A DNA stretch of 62,915 nucleotides, counting the filler, from Reticulomyxa filosa (Eukaryota; Protista; Foraminifera), in NCBI GenBank assembly GCA_000512085.1. It is 18 parts of 18 records of this genome, joined end to end, with 100 filler letters (N's around TTAATTAATTAA, not from the genome) between each part and the next. Parts side by side here need not be neighbours in the genome. Positions count along the whole stretch, not along the records: positions 52,234 to 54,545 come from ASPP01017735.1; positions 54,646 to 57,068 come from ASPP01015789.1; positions 57,169 to 59,132 come from ASPP01048698.1; positions 59,233 to 60,614 come from ASPP01023326.1; positions 60,715 to 61,795 come from ASPP01033479.1; positions 61,896 to 62,915 come from ASPP01020142.1; 12 more parts are not named here. One strand, given 5' to 3'. The position numbers were made by a program, and so were the translations under genes. Position 1 is the stretch's first letter; each line of letters starts with the position of its first letter. The notes under the pieces were generated by a model. It was given only the letters and a program-made list of their open reading frames with translations. It did no database searches and was not told the origin of the DNA. Below, one piece after another: positions 52,834-62,915 of this stretch.

Positions 52834-53400
52834 CTAGCCATGTTTGACCTGGATAGTTTCTACAGTCCTCGATTGGGGATTAATCTTGGTGAGAAATTGT
52901 TCAGGGATTGGAATTTCAACATTGTCAGCCTTATCATCGACACCAGGGATTTCTACGTTAATTGCAGACACATCCGAAGTGTAAATATCCGGGGCAGCAG
53001 CAAATGCTTTCTTGGTCAAAACAATGCGTGCAGATTGACTCTTATCAACTGCAATTGATGGTGTCTATGAGTGTACATTCAAACAACACATTACATAATT
53101 ATAGGAACTCCTAAATCATCACTAGCTTTTGCTGCTGCGGCAACATCCGTTTGCACAAACTTCGTGTATTCTGACACATAAGGAGGTGGGCCACTTGCCT
53201 CATCGTCTCCTCCTCCTCCACCGCCTAATTTACGGGTGGCATTTTCAAGTCTTGTCACAGCCTAGTATTTTTTGTTGTTATTGGTTCGAACACCTTCTTT
53301 TGTAAACATTTTACTATTATTATCTTGAGTAGGTGATACCACCAAAGCAAACACAGGACAATTTAACTGCTTCCAATCGAGCTACAAGTGCTTCGCTCAT
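52834..53400 (-). pseudogene. Cyclase-associated protein (CAP/Srv2) copy with a large internal deletion
   Basis: N-terminus MSEALVARLEA|AVTRLE (RLE motifs; intron 53367-53262). About 35 nt later comes the extreme CARP C-terminus TPSIAVDKSQ...EIPIPEQFLTKI...VKHG*. Confidence 0.8.
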
Positions 53401-53720
53401 ATCTAATCAATTTGCTCAATATAAATTTTTTGCTACAAAAAAGACTAGAAACAGTTTCGACAAAAGTATATACAACTTAATTTGCTGTTAGGGAGTATTT
53501 GTGAAAATAATTATTTCTCTTCTCATAGGATCGGTGAACACAGCTAAAATATGAACTAAATTTTAAAAAAGAATACAACTTGTCGCAAGGGCTGAAGAAA
53601 AGGCTAAAACAAGAATATCAAAAATCTTCATGTCTAGCTTGCAAATTCAAATTTTATTTTTCTCAACAAGTCAAATTTGAATAGTTAATTACTTTCTCTA
53701 AGAAAAAAACCAAGGAATCA

Positions 53721-54460
53721 ATGTTGGCAGAATTATCACAAAATTCCTCTACTCAAAGCGCAAAAACCAAAACACGAGAGAAAATGGAAGATGACGATTT
53801 TAGTGAGATAAACGACGAATGTTTAGAAATCGAAGACGACGAAGAAGAAGAAATCCAAGGACACGCGCACAGACAATCACATGCAACGCTTCGAAGAGAA
53901 AGCCCAAGCAAAATATCAGTTGGCAGTCCGATGAGGTGAGCAAAGAGCCGACGGAAAACAAAAGCGAAAAGAGCGAATTGACAACCGAAGAAGCATTATC
54001 GAAAATCGAAATGATCATAAGCAGCAAGCAAGAAAAGGGGGCCAAGCCATATCAAGAGGACAGCACATGTGTATTTTATTCTCCAGACTTGACCGTCCTG
54101 ATGGGTGCTGTATTCGACGGTCACGGAGGAATTAATGGGCAAATCGCTTCCAAAAAGCTTGCCAATTTGACACTCGAATACTTTCAAAAAGTTATATAAT
54201 ATGTATATGTTTATATATTCATATGTATGTATATGTATATGTGTAATTGTTGAATTGTTACTCAATGCTTTTTTTTAAAAAAAAAAAAAAAAAAAAAGAG
54301 TGACGTCCCCCTCCCCCCCCCTTTCGTGATGTGAACTTTTTGTGTTAATAGAATTGGCAAAAAATTCGTGACTGGACAAAAGAGGAATGGAAAACAGAAA
54401 TGACAAGTTGGTTTGACGAAATGCAAACAATAGTAAGAAACTGCTTTACCGAAGTTACAA
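53721..54460 (+). CDS. PP2C/PPM-family protein phosphatase, 5' part
   Basis: GAKPYQED and AVFDGHGG motifs. A next exon begins NWQKIRDW. The 5' frame junction is unresolved. Confidence 0.85.
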
Positions 54461-54488
54461 GTGTGTTTTTATATATATGTATCTATAA

Positions 54489-54534
<46 letters not shown>

Positions 54535-54699
54535 GTAATTGAAGANNNNNNNNNNNNNNNNNNNNNNNNNNNNNNNNNNNNNNNNNNNNTTAATTAATTA
54601 ANNNNNNNNNNNNNNNNNNNNNNNNNNNNNNNNNNNNNNNNNNNNTTTTTTTTTTTTTAAACAAATTTAACACAATATATGCTTGAAATCTTTTTTATT

Positions 54700-57068
54700 C
54701 TAATCTCACTTTTCTTCATTTCTGGTATCTTGACACGAGTTTCGCACAACTCCACCGAATTGGGCCACTTTCACATAGAACAATTCTCTCTACGTAGTCG
54801 TTTGCTCCATCGCCATAAATGGGCATTTCATGACAACTTCTATTCTCTTTTTTTCATCGCCTTCCACTTCCTCGTCAATTCGGTCGCTACACCATATAAT
54901 GTCAAACCCATCTTTTTTTTTTTCTTTTTGACGATCTTGCTTTTACGTTATGCGGACCAGGTCTACATTGTTTGGGTTGGTCTGGAAGAATCTTGCCACT
55001 GTTCTATTGTTATCATATAATGACGTCTTTCAACTACGAAATTCATCCAATTTCTTCGCCTTTGTGATGAGGAACACACTTTGGTCTTGGATAAAGCTTG
55101 TTATTGGAAATGCTCGCATCGTCGCCATACGTCCATTCGACGGTGTTTGAATTGGCTATCCAATGATGAAGGGGGTAGAGTTTTTCTTTTCTTTTTCATT
55201 GTTGGACGTATTCTTTGTTAATCTTCTTTCTTCCTTTCTTGCGATGCCATGGTTGAACGTGTGGTTTTGAGTACGCCAAAAGTCTTCCACTGCTTTACAA
55301 TTCAAAACTGATTATTCGAATCCAATTCAAACGAACACAAATTGGCGATCCACCCTTCATTGTTCACCAAGTGCTAGGATAATCCGGCGAATACAAAGTA
55401 TTGAATCTCATCCAAACACGTCTTCTGTAGTCCATAGTCGAACAAGTGCCGATCATCTTTGCTAAATTGTTTCCTGGATCGATAACACGAGGCATGCGAC
55501 TCTCGCGGCGATAGAGTTAGAAAATGCAGCCAACTATCTCTTCATCAATCATCAATACTCAATGTCTCGAGAGCCAAAATTGCGAATGTGCGCACACATA
55601 CGATTATCGTTTCTTGGTTCAGTAGGACACTCACAGAACACTATGGTGAGCAACACAAGCAATTGTTGGACGACAACGTTTGGAGAAAAGTATGAGCACT
55701 GGAAAAATTGTCGGTTTTCAACGAGTTTGTGGACGCATTTGTAAAAAACACGAAAGTAACACAGAGCTATTACAACGAGTCAGTTCCACATTAGAAGTCG
55801 TTGTCCGGAGAAGGACAAAAAATTGAAAAATTGATTGTGGTGATAACGCTGCATCATGATAAAATGAACATTGCCTCATTTCTCAGTATTTTCCATTGGG
55901 ACACGATACATGAAGTTAGGCCAAGTCCTCGAGTAGCGAATTTGCGTGTTTCCAAATATCCACCAAATTGAACTATTCACAAAACGATTCTCCAAATGTA
56001 GTGGTTTGCTCGACGTATTGTGGATTATTTTTCAACAACACCCGCGCTCTTTTTTCTTTGCATTCAATTTCTTCGATTAATCCAGTCACTGCCGCTGCTT
56101 TGACACTATAATCGATATCGTTTTCATTTTGAGCTTACTGTCTTCTTTTTTTTCTTCTTAGTGAGCTTGCTTCCATATTCTGTCGCAAGATCCGATTGTC
56201 CCCTATTGGTCTGTGAGAATCTGTCCAACTCTTTCTCCATATCGTAATGTTTCCAACTACAAAGTCCATCTGCTATCGTCGCCCTTGTGATGATGGCATA
56301 CTTTGGCCTTGTCGAATGGAATTATTTCCAATACACCTAAGTCTGGTTGGCGATCTAAGTAGGGAAAACTCACGCCGACTTGAGCACAATGCAAACGAAT
56401 ATAAAGAGGCCCACGTTTCTTCAAGTGCTGGTATAATGTAAAAATTGCGTTTCACCCAACAAGTCTCCAGATCCATAATCGATTCCGAGACAATACACAA
56501 AGATAATCGGCGATTGTTCGATAAACGAAAGGTACTCGATTTTTGCAGTGATAATCAAAAAATAACTAGTCTTTCTGTTTCCGCTCTATCTTCACCAATG
56601 TTAATTGCCTCTCGCTGCTCACGTTTCTTCACATCAACACACTCATGACGAACGCCAAAGTTGCGCATACGCGTACGTATACTATCAGTTTTGATAGGAG
56701 CGACCCGTCTCATCAATTGTTGCGTGCTAATAAAGTTAGCACCATTTTCCAAGTTAGTTTCCATCGTTTGCAGCACTCTCTTTGGTCTTTGTCGCTACAA
56801 TAATCATCTGCATACAATCGTTTGCCACCAACTTATGCACAAATCTTTCAAATGCTTCGAATTGTCACTGACTTTGCCACTATCGTTCATTATCTTCGAC
56901 TGGTGCGCTCTATGTAAAGTTAGTCCATGTCCTGTAAACGCTCAAGTCGCCAGTCTCGTGAAGAGTAATCCCAACCAAATCCAGTAAAAAAATTTTTTAA
57001 AACAAATCCGACGGGGTGGCTCTGGATCATATCCGCTGCTGTTATTGTTGTTGCTGCTGCGTCCTCCC
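54700..57068 (-). pseudogene. Large decayed gene, unidentified
   Basis: About 2.3 kb of coding-like composition with only short fragmented ORFs on the minus strand. Confidence 0.35.
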
Positions 57069-57399
57069 NNNNNNNNNNNNNNNNNNNNNNNNNNNNNNNN
57101 NNNNNNNNNNNNTTAATTAATTAANNNNNNNNNNNNNNNNNNNNNNNNNNNNNNNNNNNNNNNNNNNNTTTTTTTTTTTTTTTGTTGAAATGATGCATGT
57201 GTACAAAACTCAATGCGAAAGCAATGCTCTGGAAATTTGTCCACTTTCTTCCAATGAAAAATTTATTTTAAAGTGTACATATTTTATGAAAGGGGGAAAT
57301 GTGATTGTATAATTTTCCCCCCCTTTTTTTTTTATACCCCCTTTTTTTTTGCACCCCCTTTTTTTTGAGCAAAGCAAAGACAGAAATAAGTACCGATGA

Positions 57400-58431
57400 T
57401 TTTTTTGCGGAATGCGCCGAGCAGTGACAAGTACATTGACGTCAATTGTGATGTTTGCTTGTCACTCAGTCGCTCACACTTTAGTTGACATTTACTCGCC
57501 ACGTTCAACAATGTCTAGTGTAGAGTCATGTTATATGTTTGCATTTCTATTTCTATTTCTATTTCTATTTGTAAATTTTTTTTTTTTTTTTTTTTTTGAA
57601 AATGAAACTGCCAACGACCACACATCCAATTCTGGACACACTGTCAACCACAGTGATCTTGGCTCGTTCAAAAATAATACATCCTCACAACAGGCCAAGA
57701 TTTGGCCCACCAATGTCGTCCCCGATCTTCCGCAACCAACTATGTACATTAAGATATATACATATACACATATATATACATATATATGTATATGTATATG
57801 TATATCGTATTTTGTCCTTGAGACAATCGCTTTCTTGCTTTTTTTCTTCCAAAAAAAAAGTCGTACCGACGAAAACAGGGGGGGTGGACAATTTGGTATC
57901 CTTCACTACTTCATTCACAAGTTGATAGGTTTGATCGGTAAACAGCTTCCCAGACGTAAGAAACTCTTCCCAGTTTAACGGACGAAAGAAATTAGGATCC
58001 CAAGTTGCACAATCATTGCTAGCATTATCTGCGCTTTTGTTTTCAATATCACCAAGGAACGACGCTATTATTGATTGCATCAATGGAGGTTTTCCCTCTA
58101 CGGGAGGGGGGGAGAAAGAACACTGCGCTCTTGTTCGTTTGGCTTTTGAAAGTGTTTGCTCTTCTTTTTAAGCAACTTTCTTATTTCCTTTTCTTTTTTT
58201 TTTTTTGTGTTTTTTTTTTGCTGTTTTCGTTCTTTTTTGACAAGCTTTAGTAATACTTGCATAAACTCAAGTGGCTTGTTAATAAACATAAACTAAGACT
58301 AAACTATGCTTTTTTTTTTTTTTAATGGATAGAATGACGACTGATGGATCAAAAAATTTTTTTGTTTGACGGAAACGTTCTGGGTTTTTTGGTGTATGTT
58401 TTGGTTTTTTTTTTCCCATTCTCCATCTCAT
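57400..58431 (-). CDS. Sulfotransferase (Sulfotransfer_3-like), 5' part
   Basis: Spliced PAPS-binding loop PPVFV|VGCGRSGTTLVGQIL...FLNEP. Start and end coordinates are approximate. Confidence 0.8.
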
Positions 58432-58461
58432 TTCGCTTGTCTAATTTGTGTGTCTTAACCA

Positions 58462-58940
58462 ATGACTTCTCCTAATTCGATTAGTTGGAATTACAATAGA
58501 CGTAAGCATCGCTTAGATTCAATAGTCTCTGATTCACTCATGTCGACATTTGGCCCTTCTCCGAAAAGAGTGCGGCGGTTGGCGAGCAAATGCGAGAGTG
58601 AGGAGCCAACAAGAGAACAAAAAGCAGAAGAAAGGAAAGAAGAAGAAGAAGAAGAAGAAGAAGAGGAAGGGATAGAAACAGAAGAAAAAGGTTCAGAAGA
58701 GGAAGAAGAAGATGAGAACGAAGAAAACAACTTGACCGATAGCACCGACGAAAGGGGACAACATAAGGACAACAAAACGGTAATAAGATCGTACATAAGC
58801 TCGAGTAATTGTTTTGATTCAACCAACGAGACGGAAGCAGAAGCGAAGACGACAAAAGCATCACTATCACAAGCAGAAGCAAGAAGCAAAAGGAACAAAG
58901 TGAAAATAAGGACTACAAAGAGCAGAGAAAAAAAACAGTA
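58462..58940 (+). CDS. Hypothetical acidic low-complexity protein, first exon
   Basis: ATG-initiated ORF with NLS-like PSPKRVRR and a poly-Glu (GAA)n tract. Ends at an intron-like A-rich stretch. Confidence 0.5.
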
Positions 58941-60016
58941 CGTTTTAAATAATAAAATAAGTCAATTGACTAAACAAACAAACAAAATAAATATAAAAAA
59001 AAAAAAAATAAAAAAAAAATAAAAAAAAATAAAAAAAATGAAAAAAAATAAAATAATAATTTAATAAAAAACCAAAACGGAACAAAAAAAAAAAAAAAAA
59101 AAGCGAAGGAAAACAATCAAACGGAAACATCGNNNNNNNNNNNNNNNNNNNNNNNNNNNNNNNNNNNNNNNNNNNNTTAATTAATTAANNNNNNNNNNNN
59201 NNNNNNNNNNNNNNNNNNNNNNNNNNNNNNNNTAGTTAATAACATAATTCATTGTTAATCATAGTGTAGGGCAAGTCCCTATTATACAATCTCAAATACT
59301 AACGGAACGGTGGAACCCCCGTGGGTTAAAACCCTCTTCACAACACAACTCACTTTTGTGTTTTCTTACTTATTTTCCTTTCTTGTATTGAAATTATTTT
59401 TGTTAATTTAATTTCCTTTTACTGAAGTTGCTTTTTGGAACTAAGTTCCTTTCGTATTACACTTAGTCGTCTCACTGTTCCTACAATAGGAGCATTTTCA
59501 CAAATAAATCTATTCTTCGCCAGTCTTTGAAAAAAAAAGAAAATTTTCAGTTCATCACTACATTCTCTTTATGCGACTAATTTGTGACAATTTTAGATTT
59601 TCTGTACATATACAGTTATAGAATGTAGATTCTGTTTAGTTACACAAGTGAAATATGAAAGTGTTTTTTTTTTCCTCAGGTTCGTTTCAAAGAAGTATGG
59701 ATTTTTATTTCTTATGCGCCTTGCAAATCAAAAACACATTTAACTTTATTTATTCAGCTTTGAACAAGTTGTTGCAGATTTATTCTCAACAAAATAAAAT
59801 TCTAAAGATAAATTAGAAACAATTGTAAAGAGAATTTATCATTTAAACTTAAATTTTTGTTTATATCCAAGTGACATCATCAAATTAAACAATAGTTAAC
59901 ATAAAAACAGCAAAAATTCAAATAAGTAATTTGTCCAACAATATTTGATTATGCTTAAATCAAAGCGTTATTTTCTTTTGCGATCTTTTAATACGTTTCT
60001 TGTTGGAAAATGTATA

Positions 60017-60614
60017 TTATCCCCAAATACGAATTGGACCTTCGCCCGAACCATAACACAAGTCGAAACCATAGTTATTATTTTTTTCATTTTCATTTTT
60101 CTTTTCTTTTTTTTCAATGGCAAAAATTTAAGACAAAATATCCCACCATCTTTATTTTTATCTCCTTTGATCACATATAATTCATTCTTGTTTGATTGAA
60201 TATCCCAAAATCGAATTGTGCTGTCAAGTGATCCAGAACATATCACATTTGGACTACCACCAACTCCAATACTATTCATTATAACAAATGGTGAATATTC
60301 AACAGCACTGACACCATTTGCATGTCCATTGAACAATTGAACTTGTTTACCAGATCGAATATCCCATAGACGAGCACTTTTATCTTTTGATCCAGATAAT
60401 ATTGTATTCATTAATTCATTTGATCCATATTTTACACTCATAATCCAATCTTCATGTCCTTTGAATACAATAAATTGTTTGGCTGTTTCGATATCCCATA
60501 TACAAATGGTTGAATCAAATGATCCAGAACAAATTGTGTATCCATTACCACCAATCACACCAATATTATTCATTTTATTATTATCATTCTTGTTACTATT
60601 GCTTTGTAATGGTG
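60017..60614 (-). CDS. WD40-repeat protein, C-terminal part
   Basis: ICSGSFDSTICIWD, FKGHEDWIMSVKY, LSGSKDKSARLWD, ICSGSLDSTIRFWD. The family-type end LCYGSGEGPIRIWG* follows a homopolymer frameshift near 60110. Confidence 0.93.
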
Positions 60615-60799
60615 NNNNNNNNNNNNNNNNNNNNNNNNNNNNNNNNNNNNNNNNNNNNTTAATTAATTAANNNNNNNNNNNNNNNNNNNNNNNNNNNNNN
60701 NNNNNNNNNNNNNNTTTTTTTTTTTTTTTTACTACTTTTTTTTTAAAACAAACAAAAAAAATTTTGATAGATCGTACGATGTGGCGCAAAAAATAAAAT

Positions 60800-61360
60800 A
60801 TGGACGACATGGACAAAATTGATGACAATGACGACAATGACAACTTTGACAAATTGCCCGACCAACTGCAATTGCTGGCACAAATTTTAATGGACATAAA
60901 TCGTCATCATGGATCAGTACCTGCCTTTAAGATGGAAGAAGCGCTGTTGGCGCAAATGAAGATATGGGCAATTCACAACTGACGAGCAATTGAATTGCAA
61001 GTCAGTGGTGATGCTCATCCTTCTTTTGTACTCAGAGCTACTTCCGTCAAGGCATGGTCTGTCCACAAACTTATCATGCTCCTACCAATTGGCAATAGCG
61101 CAAATCATTTATGGGAAATTTTGTTGATAACCTCAAACAAATTCAGAGTGGACTCCAAATCAAAACGTGACAAATGTGGCCTTTTCAAGTTATTTTATTT
61201 TTTTTTTTTTTGTTGCAATAACATAAGCATATGTTTTTTGTTAATTGTATAGACTGGACAAATATTGAACATCGATCGCGCAAATTGTTGGATGAATTCG
61301 AGCAAAAGAAAAAAGAATACGGGGTAGAAACCACCCCCGTCTCCGAAAGGAGAAACAAAG
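60800..61360 (+). pseudogene. Fragmented coding remnant, unidentified
   Basis: Short ORFs with in-frame stops and intron-like T-runs. Confidence 0.25.
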
Positions 61361-61895
61361 GCTTGTCCTATTTATCTTTTTTTAAAAAATATGTTTAAAT
61401 GTTTTGTTTTGTGTTGCGTAACATAGGTTCCTCCGTCCGCAATTCTCGTTAAAATATATTTCCTCTCCCCTTCACACAAAAGAAAAAAAGAAAAATATGG
61501 GTCGCAATCTGCCCTCGTATCCTAAATAAGGAAAAATGGTTTGTGCTTTTTATATTTATTTATATAGGTATATATTCTTTTGTTATATAATGTTGTGTCT
61601 GTGTGATTCAATAGGATTCCCCATTCAAATAAAAAAAAATATATGTATACTTTTTATTTATTTGTCCCTCATCCCCCAAAAAAAGTATTGTTAGTTTCTG
61701 TGTAGAAAAAAAGAAATATAGGAGCAGATGAAGTCACAAGTATGTTATAAATATTTTTTTTTGTCTATTATTTAAAAGATTATAAAAAGTAACTTNNNNN
61801 NNNNNNNNNNNNNNNNNNNNNNNNNNNNNNNNNNNNNNNTTAATTAATTAANNNNNNNNNNNNNNNNNNNNNNNNNNNNNNNNNNNNNNNNNNNN

Positions 61896-62700
61896 GGAGG
61901 AGGAAAAAACACTTACAAAAAAAGATATGCAATTCAAACAGAAATTCAATCGCAACAATTCACCGTACCATCGACCACAACAAAGCAACCAAACAATAAT
62001 AAAAAAACCTTCGAAAAACGAAGATGAAATTGACATGTTCGCCGTGGCGACTGCACACTTGCAAATGGAAGAGCTACAACATCCTTACTTCACCGACGCT
62101 GCCATTACACCTTCCAATAACAACGAGAGTCGACATATCGCAGATTTGATCCCTTTACCACCCACCGACACATACAGCATCGACGAAGAACGCGATGCGC
62201 ACGACTCCAAAAGCAATCACAACAAATCTCAGTCTGGCAATCATCTCCTTCGTCGTCACTACCATTTTGTCACGCCCACTGATGACATTCGAGAAACTAA
62301 ACTCGATCCCAATCGCACTTCTTTGCAATCGCCCAGTATCGAGTTGTTCATTCGCAAGGACGAGGTGGTCACTCCCAAGAAAGATCATGACAATCTCAAT
62401 ATTAATGTCAATGGCAATGCGACTCGAAATCATCAATTGCATAACCACTTGGCCAGGATCGATGTGGAAAAATCTGGCAAAGAGACGGCCATCGGCCTGC
62501 CATTGTCATCGTTTGCCAAAGACGATACTCGAACTGCTGCCAGAGAAAAGACACAAAAAGATCTCTTTGTAAAAGAAAACAAAACTGACTCCAAAGAAGC
62601 TGAAAAAGACAAGACAAAAGAATACGAAGCAAAGGATAGTCACTCCTCTCATAGCAATCCCAACAAACCTCGAAAAAGTTTAGAGTCCCTCTGTGTGTGT
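61896..62700 (+). CDS. Hypothetical disordered protein, internal exon
   Basis: 276-aa hydrophilic ORF followed by a (TG/TA/CA)n intron-like tract. Confidence 0.55.
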
Positions 62701-62915
62701 AGGTGTGTACGTCTCTCCTCGTTCGCGTATACGTGCCTATCCCACATGCTCAAATAATAATAATATATATACATATATGTACATATGTATATGTGTATGT
62801 ATATTTGTGTATTTGATTACGTGTACACACGCACATGTATACATATATACACATACATATACATATATTTAATTTTGTGATTGATATTGTTTATTCACAT
62901 TTATGTGTGTGTGTG

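Overview
This window is not one locus. It is 18 unrelated contigs joined by artificial 100-nt spacers (44 N + TTAATTAATTAA + 44 N). Seventeen contigs come from an AT-rich, intron-containing eukaryote with many pseudogenes. The WD40 family style and the poly-A/T introns suggest the foraminiferan Reticulomyxa filosa (inference). Recognisable eukaryotic genes: tandem-DEP protein, nocturnin-like EEP phosphatase, MFS transporter, ribose-5-phosphate isomerase A, DDX60-like helicase, PDK/BCKDK-type kinase, NDR kinase, PSMD12/Rpn5, cytochrome P450, Get2/CAML-like protein, threonine dehydrogenase with a RanBP2 zinc finger, telobox Myb protein, MLLE-domain protein, internally deleted CAP, PP2C, sulfotransferase, WD40 protein and a decayed non-LTR retrotransposon. 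One contig (5031-11089) is clearly bacterial and alphaproteobacterial/Rickettsiales-like (proC, UbiK-family gene, lgt, phasin-like gene). It holds the most interesting system here: an IS1595-family element with CGGATTTA ends whose transposase stop overlaps the start of a ~970-codon single-chain restriction-methylase-specificity (R-M-S) gene. An exact 19-bp tandem duplication breaks that gene between the nuclease and methylase domains. A second IS end truncates proC and carries a perfect sigma70 promoter. Many single-base frameshifts fall in homopolymers and are probably sequencing errors. Exon boundaries were read by eye and are approximate.
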